From assembly GCA_918797485.1 (NCBI GenBank), contig CAKKNE010000003.1:3038001-3102000 (forward strand): a stretch of 64,000 nt of DNA, given 5' to 3'. The first letter of the stretch is position 1. Every line of letters starts with the position of its first letter. This document shows, piece after piece, positions 21,541 to 31,624 of this stretch. The notes under the pieces are model-generated. The model searched no databases. It was not told the origin of the DNA and saw nothing but the letters and a program-made list of their open reading frames with translations. The position numbers and the translations under genes are program-made. Origin of the DNA: Pelagomonas calceolata. Its lineage: Eukaryota.

Positions 21541-22679
21541 TATCGGCGCGCCGTCGCTCGTGGGCGAGATACTGGTGGGCGTGCTGCTGGGCCCGCCGGT
21601 CCTGGACTTTGTACCGAATCCCGGGGTGCTGATGCTTGTGGGTGAGGTGGGTCTCGTGCTCCTAGTCGTGGAGGCGGGGCTTCACGTCGACGTCGAGATG
21701 CTCGAGATCATCGGCGCGCGCGGCCTCGCCGTGGGTCTCCTGGGCTCGGCGCTGCCCCTGGCGCTCGCGCTGACCGCCGCGTATTTCTGGGGCGCGACGC
21801 TCGTCGAGGCCTTCGCCGTCGCCGCCTGCATGGCGACGACAGTGGCACCCGAACGACCACTTTGGCCTGGCACACTGCGTGCAGGAGCTCTACGTGCGCG
21901 ACGGAACCCTGCTGCTGCCGACGGCCGTCGACCTGCCTCGGGAAGATGAGGCGGAGCTCGAGCGTCGGACGGAGGTCATCGTGGCGACGATCCGCCACGC
22001 CCTCGGCGACGACGACCAGAACGAAGTACAGCTCCGGCGATGGCTGCCGGGCTGCCACGTCGTCGACGGCGCGGGGCGCCTCGAGCCGATCGCGGACGCG
22101 GCGGACCGGTGCCGGTTCCTCGCGACGAACGCCGACGGGCGTCTCAGACGGACGGGCCACAGCGAGTCGCGGCTGAGCTTGTTGGTCGAGGCGTCGCCGC
22201 CGCCGCCTCCGACCTTGCAACGCAGCCAGTCGAGTCTGCAAATGCTCGTCGCGGCCGCGCGCCACGTGCTCGATCCCGACGCGGCCACGCGGGCGTTCCA
22301 GACCGAGACGCAGTCGGCGGCGCTCCACGCCGACGCGCACCACGAATTGGACGGTTTTGTCCACCGCGGCGCGCACCATCCCTTCGCGTTACCCGATGAT
22401 GACGATCACGAGGCCGAGGAGGCGCTCGTGTTCGGCACGCCGCAATACACGCGGCCGGCGGCGCCGCACCACCTGCACGACGTCGAGCTCGCGCCTGACG
22501 GCGGCACGCTCCTCGACGACTCGGCCCACATCCGGCGCCGGAGCTTCTCGCACAGTGACCTCACGCGCCTGTCGCCGCCGCGGCCCACGGCCGCAGAGCG
22601 GGCCTCGTCCGACGGCGCGGCGATGCGTGTATCGCCGATGCGCGGATCGAAGTCGAGCGGCCAGCTTACCCACGTGTGA
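21539..22679 (+). pseudogene. Truncated, internally deleted CPA2-type cation/H+ antiporter
   Basis: RIGAPSLVGEILVGVLLGP...GLVLLVVEAGL...AACMATT (about 4 TM helices), then an out-of-frame jump at about 21840 to a soluble C-terminal domain (WHPNDHFG..VQELYVRD). No start codon. Confidence 0.75.
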
Positions 22680-22765
22680 CCGATGCGCGGATCGAAGTGG
22701 AGAGGAACTCCGCGGTGATCCCCCAAATCCTTTGCTCGTTGTCTAAAGTTGTAATCATGTAATTT

Positions 22766-22789
22766 GCTAGTGTCTTACAGACCGCTAGC
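22766..22789 (+). promoter_or_regulatory. Bipartite upstream motif, copy 5
   Basis: GCTAGTGTCTTAC-agac-CGCTAGC, 109 bp upstream of ATG 22898. Confidence 0.7.
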
Positions 22790-22897
22790 TAATCGCGATC
22801 GGAGACGACGCTGCATTCAACATCAAGGTACGCGTGGTGATGCAATAGCAATAATTTGACGACGCATCCGCAGCAGCACTGCAGCGCTCCTGCAACC

Positions 22898-24400
22898 ATG
22901 CCGAAGGACGCATCCCTGGACCTCTTCCTGGGCCTCTACGTGCAGGTCTGGTGCCTGCAGCTGCTCAAGGAGCGCGCCCGCGGCGCGTTGCTCACGCCCT
23001 GCGTTTTGGCCTTGGCCGCGGCCGTCGCTTTTGCTGGTGCCGCGTTGGTACGACGACGGCACAAGCACGAGGCGCGGAAAGCCGTCGCGGCCGCCGGCCT
23101 CTATTACTTAGTGAGGCGCGGCTCGTCGAGCAACCACGTGCTGCTGCAGGCGCTCCTCGCCGTGGCCGTGCTCGAGGCGAGGGACGGCGCCGCGCTGCGC
23201 GCCTACGGCCGCCAGCTCCTGGGCGCGCTGTACGGCATGACCGCCCTGGCGAAGCTCAACGACGGCTGGGTCGACGGCCGGGGCAGCTGCGTGGCGCTCA
23301 TCGCGGCGGCGGGCGTCCACGAGCTCGGGCTGCCGCCGCCGCCGCGGGCGGTCTTCGCGGCGCAGCCGTACGTCGGCATCGTCGCCGAGGTCGCGCTCGC
23401 GGTCGCCTTCGCGCTGCGCTCGGCGGGCCGCCTCGGTTCCCGGCGCTGGACCATCGCGCTCGCCGTCGCCGGCGGCGCGTTCCACGTGCTGCTCGCGGCG
23501 CCGCGGCCGCCGCTGTCGGTCTACCCCTTCTCGGCGCTCATGGCGCCGCTCTTCGCGCTCGGGCTCAGCGACGGCAGCGACCTGGACGGTGCGAAGGCCT
23601 CGCTTGGGCTGGCCCTCGGGTCGGTCGCGCTCGCCGAGGCCCACAAAGTAGCGGTCGGCGCGGCCGCCGCGCGCGTCGAGTACCCGCCCTACGTGTCCTG
23701 GGACCTCGGCCTGTCCTGGTGCGCGCTGGCGTTCGTCCTGGTCGCGCGCGACGCCGTCGCGGCGCCGCCGCGGCGGCCGGCGCGTGTGCATCGGACGTCG
23801 CTGGCCGCGATGCTTCTATTGCTCGCGAGCGCGCTGCCCTACGTCGGCCTGCGGACGCACCCGTCCTTCATCATGTTCTCGAACCTGCGCATCGAGGGTG
23901 GCCGGTCGAACCACTGGTTCCTTTCCAGTAGTGTCTTGAGGCGGATCGACCTCGGCGGCGGCGCCATGGCCGACACCGTTATCGTGTATAAGGCGTCTCC
24001 CGCAATCCGCGACCTCGAGGTCGACCTCGGCCGGTACATGGACCCGCGCGTGGCGGCCGCCGTGGACGCCGCGAACGCGTCGCGGCGCTTCCTCATCTCG
24101 CCTCCACTAGGTGCGTGGCCCCTGCCGGACTGGCCGGCGCCGGCGGGCCGCGCCGCCGACACCTTCGCCGTGCCCTTCGTCGAGCTCCGGCGGCGCGTGA
24201 GCGCCGCGGCGGCGGCCGGGCTCGACGCGGCCGTGACGTACGGGCGGGCCGGCGCGCGGCGGACCTTCGCCATAAAACGGGACGGGTCCCTCGCGGCGGG
24301 CTCGGACCCGCTGCTGCGGGAGCCGCTGCCCGCCCCGTGGCGCTGGGTCTACCGCTTCCGGCCCTTCGACGCGGAGGGCGTCGTCCACTGCCGCCACTAG
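22898..24400 (+). CDS. HTTM-like multi-pass membrane protein
   Basis: Multiple TM segments with SNH, ALAKLNDGW and FIMFSNLRIEGGRSNHWF motifs. Confidence 0.7.
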   Translation: MPKDASLDLFLGLYVQVWCLQLLKERARGALLTPCVLALAAAVAFAGAALVRRRHKHEARKAVAAAGLYYLVRRGSSSNHVLLQALLAVAVLEARDGAALRAYGRQLLGALYGMTALAKLNDGWVDGRGSCVALIAAAGVHELGLPPPPRAVFAAQPYVGIVAEVALAVAFALRSAGRLGSRRWTIALAVAGGAFHVLLAAPRPPLSVYPFSALMAPLFALGLSDGSDLDGAKASLGLALGSVALAEAHKVAVGAAAARVEYPPYVSWDLGLSWCALAFVLVARDAVAAPPRRPARVHRTSLAAMLLLLASALPYVGLRTHPSFIMFSNLRIEGGRSNHWFLSSSVLRRIDLGGGAMADTVIVYKASPAIRDLEVDLGRYMDPRVAAAVDAANASRRFLISPPLGAWPLPDWPAPAGRAADTFAVPFVELRRRVSAAAAAGLDAAVTYGRAGARRTFAIKRDGSLAAGSDPLLREPLPAPWRWVYRFRPFDAEGVVHCRH

Positions 24401-24439
24401 CTTTTGCATCGTTGCACATAATTCATCATTAACTCGCAA

Positions 24440-24964
24440 CTACTGGGCGGGCGCCGGGGCGAAGTGGTAGGACCCGGACCGCGGCCGCCAGGTCGCGTGC
24501 GTCCTCGTCGCCCGTTCGGCCACCTCCGCGAGCAGGAGCCCCCGGATGGCCGTGAACTGCTTCATATGTTGTTTCACTAGCCGCCATCGCGCCGGGTCCG
24601 TTCGCCGGAGCGCCTCGAGGAACCTCGGCGTCCGTGTCTCAGTTGCGTCGGTCCAGAACTTCGACGAGAGCGCGAGCAGGTCGACCTCGCCGCCGCGCGC
24701 CGCGGCGTCGACCAGTTTGAGGGCGGCTTTGGCCTCCGGAGTCGTTTTCGTGCGCTTGACCCGGCGTGCCGGCGGCGTGATCGGGGATGCAATCGGCCGG
24801 GGCTTGCAGCCGCGGCGCGGTGGCGGCGAGGTCGGAGGCCTGGGCTTGCATCGGCGGCGTGGAGGCGGTGTAATTGGTGGTATCGGTGGCTTCAGCGTGC
24901 GCGTTGGCAAGCGAATCGGCGGCAGCGCGTTGCGCACGAGTGTCGGCGGTTGTTGCATGGGCAT
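24440..24964 (-). CDS. Hypothetical Pro/Arg-rich protein
   Basis: ORF with internal repeats (PPPRRxCKPRP x2) and GC3-rich codons in the C-terminal half. Confidence 0.5.
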   Translation of the reverse strand: MPMQQPPTLVRNALPPIRLPTRTLKPPIPPITPPPRRRCKPRPPTSPPPRRGCKPRPIASPITPPARRVKRTKTTPEAKAALKLVDAAARGGEVDLLALSSKFWTDATETRTPRFLEALRRTDPARWRLVKQHMKQFTAIRGLLLAEVAERATRTHATWRPRSGSYHFAPAPAQ

Positions 24965-25227
24965 TTTGTGCTTTCTGGATTGACCCGGCGGTCCAGAGAT
25001 GGCGTTCGAGTTTGGGCAGCCGGTGATGGCGTCTGGGGTTCTCTGATGCGTCAATTCTGTGCGCTTGAGCTACTCTCGTTGCTTCGTTCGTTTGTATCAG
25101 CCGCGAGAGCCAGCGCCAAAATGACCTGAGAGTGAGCGCCGGCGGTCGATGTACATTCCGATGGGTCCGATCGTTTCAAGGGCTTGGCTACTCGATCGTA
25201 CGAGAAAAAAGATCTAGTCTGCGGCAT

Positions 25228-25249
25228 GCTAGTGTCTTACACCGCTAGC
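25228..25249 (+). promoter_or_regulatory. Bipartite upstream motif, copy 6
   Basis: GCTAGTGTCTTAC-ac-CGCTAGC, between divergent genes. Confidence 0.7.
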
Positions 25250-25452
25250 ATCACGCCGTTTTGGCTTGGTTTTTTGCGTCCTACGGTGGCCTGCGTCCAC
25301 CGTCGAGCTCAAGATTCTCGTCAGAGCGCAGGCAGTAGTCCCGCTACGCGCCACGAAGCGGAGCCCGCGAGAAACCGCCCTCCACACAGTTTTTTGCCGC
25401 AAGCATCGTTACCTGGTCAATAACAACCACAAGAAACCGCGCCGAAGCTACA

Positions 25453-27231
25453 ATGGCCACGAACGAAAGCGATGCCCTCGTCGCCGCCTGGTGCGCGGCG
25501 CTCCCGTACCCGGCCGAGGACCTGGTCGGCACCGCCAACGACGCGTGGGCGGTGCCGCAGACGAGCCAGACGGCGCTCGGCGCTAGTGTTGCTGCGAGCC
25601 TCTCAGCTCTAAGCGCCGACGCGGCCAAGGCGGCGCTGCCGCCGTGGCTTGACGCGAGCCTGGCCGCGGCGGCGACGACGTACTGCGTCGACGCGGCGGC
25701 GGCCCTGGACGGTGTCTACCGCGCGCGCGAGGCGGCGTTGCACGCGCGGCGCGAGTTGGAGGCCGCCGCGACGGAGGCGGCCGCCACGCGCACGAACGGC
25801 GAACCCGAAACGGGTCGAGGGCTGGCGGCCGAGGCGCTGGCGCGGGCGGACGCCGCGCGGGCCGCGGCCCGGGCCGTGGAATTAAGTGTGGAGGCGTGCT
25901 GCGGGACGCTGGCCGCACTCGCGAAGGAAGAGGACGCGTCGCTCGGCGAGGCCCCGCGGCGCTTCGCGCGCGCGGCGCGCGCGGCCGTCGAGGCGATCGC
26001 CGTGCGAGCCAACGACCGGGCCGCCGCGTGCCTGAAGGACGCGTCCGTGCTCGAGGGCCTCGTCGACCGCGCGCCCGCCGAGGCCCCCGAGAGCCTCGAC
26101 AAGTGGGCGCTCGACGAGGAAGAGAAGCGCCGCGACGCGCGGGCCGTGCGGGCGGCGCGGGCGGCGCGGCGCGCCGCCCTGCAGCGCGAGGCGGCCGACG
26201 CGCGCGCGGTGATCGACGCGCGCTGCCACGACGCGCTGGCGCGGCGCGACCGGCCCGCGTACCTCGAGGCGGCGGCGGCCCTGGCGGCGTGCGACGCGGC
26301 ATCGGCGGACGCGGACCTGGCCGAGTGTCGCACGGTCGCGGCCGTCGCGGCGACGGAATCTAAGGACGCGCGCGGCGCGGCGGACGCGGGCGCGGCCGCT
26401 GACGAGCAGCGCCTCGACACGGCGGCGCAGGCGGCGGCCAAGGTGCTCAGTGAGGGCGGCCGGCTGACGCTCCTTAAGAAAACGGCCAAGGTCCTGCGCG
26501 CGAGCTCCGGGCTGACGGAGCGCCTCGGCCGCCTGGCCTCGGTCGTCGCGCAGGGCGTCTGCGAGGCGCTGAACGCCGCCCGGAAGGACCACCTCGCCCT
26601 GAACGACGCCGCGGACGCCATGACCGCGGTGCTGGCGGCGCACGCGGTCGGCGCCTTCGACCCGCGGGACCGGCGGGTCGAGGCCCAGCGGGCCCAGCAG
26701 GCGCTCGAGGCCGCCATCGCGGGCGTCGCCGCGGCGCAAGGAACGGAGCGAGACGCCGCCGCGGCGCGCCTGAGCGAGGCCAAGGCCGCCTTCCAGGCAA
26801 AGCGCGGCGCGGACCTGGCCGCGGCGGACGCGGTGCTCGGCGTCGAGGCGCGCGACACGCGCGCCGGCGCCTGGCCGCCGGCGCCGCCGGAGACGGACGG
26901 GGACGCGCTGCTGCTGCGCTGCCGCGCGGACGCGCTCACGAACGCGGCGCACGCCGTCCGGACGGCGGACCCGGCCGCCGCGGACTGCGCGGACCGCCGG
27001 CAGAAGCTCGACGCGGCGCTCCAGCGGCACGCGCTCGTCGTGGGCGACGCCGACCCGCCGACGGTGGACGTGGCGTACCACTGCGCCCTCGACCTGCTCG
27101 TGCGGGGCCGCGCCGTCGAGCCGCCCCTCGCCGCGCCGCAAGAAGAACCGACCGCACCGGCGCCGAAGCACCTGGAGCCCACGAGGGCGGCGGCGGCGGC
27201 GCTCGGCGACGCGACCAACGTCGTGCACTGA
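25453..27231 (+). CDS. Hypothetical Ala-rich helical/coiled-coil protein
   Basis: 592-aa ORF with typical codon usage and no recognised domain. Confidence 0.7.
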   Translation: MATNESDALVAAWCAALPYPAEDLVGTANDAWAVPQTSQTALGASVAASLSALSADAAKAALPPWLDASLAAAATTYCVDAAAALDGVYRAREAALHARRELEAAATEAAATRTNGEPETGRGLAAEALARADAARAAARAVELSVEACCGTLAALAKEEDASLGEAPRRFARAARAAVEAIAVRANDRAAACLKDASVLEGLVDRAPAEAPESLDKWALDEEEKRRDARAVRAARAARRAALQREAADARAVIDARCHDALARRDRPAYLEAAAALAACDAASADADLAECRTVAAVAATESKDARGAADAGAAADEQRLDTAAQAAAKVLSEGGRLTLLKKTAKVLRASSGLTERLGRLASVVAQGVCEALNAARKDHLALNDAADAMTAVLAAHAVGAFDPRDRRVEAQRAQQALEAAIAGVAAAQGTERDAAAARLSEAKAAFQAKRGADLAAADAVLGVEARDTRAGAWPPAPPETDGDALLLRCRADALTNAAHAVRTADPAAADCADRRQKLDAALQRHALVVGDADPPTVDVAYHCALDLLVRGRAVEPPLAAPQEEPTAPAPKHLEPTRAAAAALGDATNVVH

Positions 27232-27268
27232 CTCCTTCCCCCTCGGCGTAACTACATAAACAGATTCA

Positions 27269-28051
27269 CTAGGTCCACGCGACGCGCGCCGCGCCGTCCG
27301 CGCCGACGACCACCCGTCCGCACCGGAGCGGCGGCGCCGTGGCCGCGAGGGCCGCGGGCGGCATCGGCGGCACCGGAGGCCGCGCGGCCATCGAGCTGGC
27401 GGCGCGCGCCACGCGGTCGTCGGCGTCGCGCGCCCTCGCCTCGGCCGCGCCGAGCTGCGCCGCGAGGCGCGACGCGGCGGCCTCGGCGTCGGCGCGCTTG
27501 CCCTCGGCCGCGGCGTTCGCGTCGCGCGCCGCGGCGAGCGCGGCCTCGTGGCGCGCCCGCTCGTGGCGCCAGGCGCGGTCGCGGCGCGCCGCCTCCTGGC
27601 GCGCGAGCGAGTCCCGCGCGGCGGCCGCCGCGCGCGCCTCGTCGAGGTCCGCCTTCATGGCGTCGCGCTCCGCTTCGGCCCGCTCCAGCCGCGCGCGGAA
27701 GGCCGCCCGGACCCGCGTCGCCTCGCGGCCGCGCTCCGTCGCGTCGCGGCGGTCGCGGTCGCGCGCGCCCTCGATTTCCTGGCGCCACCGCTCGAGCGTC
27801 GCCTCGTCGCGCGCCCGCGCGGCGCGCAGCCGCTCGTCGCTCAGCGCCGCGCGGGCCGCGTCGCGCTGCGCCGCGGCGAGCGCCTCGCGCAGCTGGCCGT
27901 TCTCGGTCGACAGCCGCGCCACGGCGCGCCGCGCCGCCGCGAGCGACGCGAGGGATTCCCTATCCAAAGCCTCGACCTCGGCGGCGAGGGCCGGCGTCTG
28001 GGGGGCGCGGGCGGCGCTGCCCCCGGTGGCCGGCGTGCGCACCGATGCCAT
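27269..28051 (-). CDS. Hypothetical coiled-coil protein
   Basis: ORF from MASVRTP, rich in E/A/R heptads. Confidence 0.65.
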   Translation of the reverse strand: MASVRTPATGGSAARAPQTPALAAEVEALDRESLASLAAARRAVARLSTENGQLREALAAAQRDAARAALSDERLRAARARDEATLERWRQEIEGARDRDRRDATERGREATRVRAAFRARLERAEAERDAMKADLDEARAAAAARDSLARQEAARRDRAWRHERARHEAALAAARDANAAAEGKRADAEAAASRLAAQLGAAEARARDADDRVARAASSMAARPPVPPMPPAALAATAPPLRCGRVVVGADGAARVAWT

Positions 28052-28403
28052 GTCTGAGGCTCCTGCCTTCGGTGTCTCGACTTTCCGGGCGATTGACTCG
28101 TTACCGGTCTTCTCGGGCTGCCCCAGCGCCGGTCCGCATGGCAAACTTAATCCTAGTGTGTCAATACGCTGAAATTTGATGGCTTTTGCAAGCCACACGT
28201 AAGTTTCATCGTCGGCAATAGCTGCAGCGGTTTAGCCCTCGGCACCAGCCGCTCAGCAGTCGTGCAACGCCGCGAGCAACAGCAACTTGCATCCATTGCA
28301 GCAAAATACCTTGACAGCACAGCCCAAGCTGGCCTGCACGACACTCGCATTAGCAATTGCGACTCGTTGCAGCAAAACGACACTTGCTTTCATAATGCAT
28401 GCT

Positions 28404-29927
28404 ATGCGCGCGTTCGTCGTAGTCTGCACAGCTCACGCCCTGATTGCACCACCCGTGCGCCTCCGCGAGCGGACGGCGCCGCGGGCCACCTCGGGGGACT
28501 ACCTCGCGGGCCTCGGGCAGTCGACGATCGAAGAGGTCGACGCCGTCGTGATCGGCTGCGGGCCCGCGGGCCTGGCCGCGGCCGTCGAACTCAAACGCCG
28601 TGGCTTCGACAGGGTCGTCGCGCTCGAGCGGAGGGAGGCGCCGGACGAGTTCGAAGTGGCGAAGGCGTACCTCTACCTCGTGGACCGCCGCGGCCAGCGC
28701 TGGACCGACGCCGTCGGGGCCACGGACGGCATCCGCGCGCGGGGCGTGTCCAACGAAGGATTTTCCCTCACGCGCATCTACCCGGACGAAAAGGGCATCT
28801 TCCCGACGAAGCCGGTGCTCGCGCGGCCGGGCGCGGCGCAGGCGGTCTGGATCCCGCGCGCGTCGCTGCTCGCCGCGCTGGCCGAGCGGGCCGCTCACGA
28901 CGGCGCCGATTTGCGGTTTGGCGTGTCCGTCGACGGGCTCCGCGCGGCCGACGACGGCGCCGTCGACATTGCGTGCGGCGCCACGACGCTCCGGACGCCA
29001 CTTGTCGTCGGCGCGGACGGGGCGCGGTCGCGAGTGAGAGACTTCCTGGCAAAAGAGCTGCCGGCGTCGAGCTTCGAGCCGCGCGAGCTCGCATCGCCGT
29101 CGGCCGGTCTCACGTACAAGATGCTCCAGGTGCCGCCGTCCTTCGACGTGACGAACAAAACGGACGGCTCGAGTTTCACGACGCGGTCGCGCGACGCCTA
29201 CACGGTGCCCTCGCGCTCGACCAAGCCCAACACGCGGCGGCTGAGGTTGGGCCTCCTGCCGTCGCGCGACCCGGAGCTGCCGCGCACGGCGAACATCATC
29301 CGCCCGGCGAACCACGAGATCTGGGGCTGCGCGACGGGCGCCGAGGTGCGCGAGTTCCTGCGCTCCGAATTCCCGCAGCTGCCCGACGCCGTGGTGTCGG
29401 ACGAGGCCTGCGAGGCTTTCGCCATCGCGGAGCCCGGCGCGTTTCCCAGTCCGCAGTACGTCGAGACGGTGGCCGCCACGGTCGGCGCCGCGCGCTGCTT
29501 CTTGGTCGGCGACGCGATCCACGCCTTTCCCCCGGATCTGGGGCAGGGCGTCAACGCGGCGCTGGAGGACGTGAAGACGCTCGGCGACGTGCTCGACGAT
29601 CAGAACGCCGTCGCCGCGTACCAGGCGGCGCGGGCGCCGGCCGCGAAGGCGATCGCGCACCTCGTCCAGCGGGGCTTCCCGTACCAGTACGACCAGTCGG
29701 TCTGGCGCCAGCGGCTGTTCACGGTGGGGCTCGTCGGGCGCGTCGCCGCGAACGCGCTCGCGGCCAAGCTCCTGCCCGAGAAGATCGCCAAGAGAGTAGC
29801 GCCGCCGCCCGCCGCGTTCTCGGTCATCGACGGCGAGGACTACGTGGGTGTCTGGAAGCATATTAAAAGGGCGACGCGCGCGACGGCGGCGCTCGCCGTC
29901 GCCGTCCTAGCGCGTGCTGTGATATAA
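28404..29927 (+). CDS. FAD-dependent monooxygenase (kynurenine 3-monooxygenase-like), probably plastid-targeted
   Basis: VIGCGPAGL, VVGADGARSRVR and LVGDAIHAFPPDLGQGVNAALED. Bipartite leader MRAFVVVCTAHA-LIAPP. Confidence 0.9.
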   Translation: MRAFVVVCTAHALIAPPVRLRERTAPRATSGDYLAGLGQSTIEEVDAVVIGCGPAGLAAAVELKRRGFDRVVALERREAPDEFEVAKAYLYLVDRRGQRWTDAVGATDGIRARGVSNEGFSLTRIYPDEKGIFPTKPVLARPGAAQAVWIPRASLLAALAERAAHDGADLRFGVSVDGLRAADDGAVDIACGATTLRTPLVVGADGARSRVRDFLAKELPASSFEPRELASPSAGLTYKMLQVPPSFDVTNKTDGSSFTTRSRDAYTVPSRSTKPNTRRLRLGLLPSRDPELPRTANIIRPANHEIWGCATGAEVREFLRSEFPQLPDAVVSDEACEAFAIAEPGAFPSPQYVETVAATVGAARCFLVGDAIHAFPPDLGQGVNAALEDVKTLGDVLDDQNAVAAYQAARAPAAKAIAHLVQRGFPYQYDQSVWRQRLFTVGLVGRVAANALAAKLLPEKIAKRVAPPPAAFSVIDGEDYVGVWKHIKRATRATAALAVAVLARAVI

Positions 29928-29943
29928 CTAACCTTACTGTGGC

Positions 29944-31179
29944 CTAGCGCAGCTCGACGGATAAAGCAGAAGCGGCCTCGTCTCTCAACGAATCCTGGAG
30001 CGCGTTGATCTCGACGTCCGTCAGCGACCGGTCCATGGAGCGGTACGTGATGCGGTAGCAGTTCGAGGTCTTGCCCGTTTTTGGATTGGTGAACGTGTCG
30101 ATGTTTTCCACGCGCTCGATGAGCTCGCCGCCGATGCTTCGCGCCAATTCGTTGAAGTCGTTCTCGACGTAGGACTCGGGGCACCAGAACGCAATGTCCT
30201 TGAAGACGGGGGGATACTTCGAGTAGGGCTTGAACGTCGATACTTGGCCAGCCTTAAACTGCTTGTGGAAGCGCTCGTCGTCCGTCCAGAACAGTCGGAT
30301 GTCCGGGATGGCGAAGAGGACCATGGCCAGCCGCTCCAACCCCAAACCAAAGGCCCAGCCCCTTCTCGACGCGAGGCCGCACCGGTCCAGCACGTCCGCG
30401 TGAATCACACCACAACCTAAGACTTCCAACCACTCGTCCTGGTAGAAGACGTCCAGCTCGAAGGACGGCTCCGTGAAGGGGAAGTAGTCGTCGCGCCATC
30501 TTGTTTGTAAGTCGGGATCGTCAAAAACGTACTTGATCAGGCCCTCGAGCGTCGCCTTCAGGTCCTTCGCAACAATATCGCATTCCGGCGACGCGAGCCA
30601 GGCCTCCTTGTCCGAAAAGTCCGTCTGGCCGTTCATCTCTTCCTCACTAAATAATTTAACGCCCTCCATCTGGTGGAACGCGGGGAAGTGCGACGCGTCG
30701 ATCTCGTCCCTTCGGTACACGTCGCCCGTGCACAAGAAGGCCTCGTGGCCCTGGCGCAGGTGCTGGGACTGGTGCGCCGACGTGTGCGTCCTTAGGAGTT
30801 CGGTGTCCGTGAGGTAGTACGTATCGGATTTAGACCTACCGGGATGCTCCGGCGGGATGTTCAAATCGTCGAAGCACTGCGTCGTCGTCACGACGGGGTC
30901 CTCACCGTCGAACACGTCATAACTCGTCTCCAGGCCCGCGAAGTACGCCTCGATCCTATCCTTGATGATGCCCAGCGGGTGCGCTGATTTTTTATGGAGG
31001 TCCCGCCCTACTAAATTGGCGATGTAGGGCGTCACGTTGCAGTCCGGGTGCCCCGTAATGAAGCGCGACTCCGCCTCGGCGACGGTGCTCCGTGGTCGCA
31101 CCGGGGTCCTGACACTGCGGGCGACCGGCCTCAGAGCCCGGGCCACGGCCAGCAGCATGACGACGCCTTGCCTCGGCAT
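29944..31179 (-). CDS. FARS2: Organellar monomeric phenylalanyl-tRNA synthetase
   Basis: HPGRSKSDTYY, LLRTHTSAHQ, GDVYRRDEIDASHFPAFHQMEG, YFPFTEPSFE, WAFGLGLERLAM and a C-terminal FDX-ACB domain. Confidence 0.96.
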   Translation of the reverse strand: MPRQGVVMLLAVARALRPVARSVRTPVRPRSTVAEAESRFITGHPDCNVTPYIANLVGRDLHKKSAHPLGIIKDRIEAYFAGLETSYDVFDGEDPVVTTTQCFDDLNIPPEHPGRSKSDTYYLTDTELLRTHTSAHQSQHLRQGHEAFLCTGDVYRRDEIDASHFPAFHQMEGVKLFSEEEMNGQTDFSDKEAWLASPECDIVAKDLKATLEGLIKYVFDDPDLQTRWRDDYFPFTEPSFELDVFYQDEWLEVLGCGVIHADVLDRCGLASRRGWAFGLGLERLAMVLFAIPDIRLFWTDDERFHKQFKAGQVSTFKPYSKYPPVFKDIAFWCPESYVENDFNELARSIGGELIERVENIDTFTNPKTGKTSNCYRITYRSMDRSLTDVEINALQDSLRDEAASALSVELR

Positions 31180-31624
31180 GGATGCCCCTCGTTTGCAATG
31201 CCAGTTCGTGCGTTGCGCCTCGGTAGCAGTGCACACACGCAGTTTGAGGCTCCACGCACATCTCTAGTATGTCTACGCTAACATTCCAAGACATCCGTCC
31301 TCCAGCGCGTTTCAGGTAGGTCGTAGAGCTGGCTACTCGTCGTTGCACACGCGACAGCAGACAGCTGCGGGAGAGGCTGGCAGCAGCCAAAACACAGGGA
31401 GAGCACAAGCTAAAGTCGACCAGTCGTCTGCGAGACAGCCGTGCGAGCACCGCATCACTCGCCAAGAAAAGCTGCGAACAACTCTGCATATTTTCGATCG
31501 GTTTGCTAGCCGGCGTGGAGCTCTGCCCAAGCTGCCACACAGCTTCATAGGTCTCATAGGTCTCTCTGCGCGGTACGACTCCTCGGGCAACCGCGGGAGC
31601 TACAAGTCCACCATCATACACAGC

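Noticed and set aside
22635..22698. 19-bp direct repeat CCGATGCGCGGATCGAAGT around a stop codon
   Set aside because: Looks like a local duplication with no element between the copies.
28153..31281. Degenerate GCTAG-motif-like sequences at about 28153 and 31264
   Set aside because: They are in the expected divergent-promoter positions but have too many mismatches to count.
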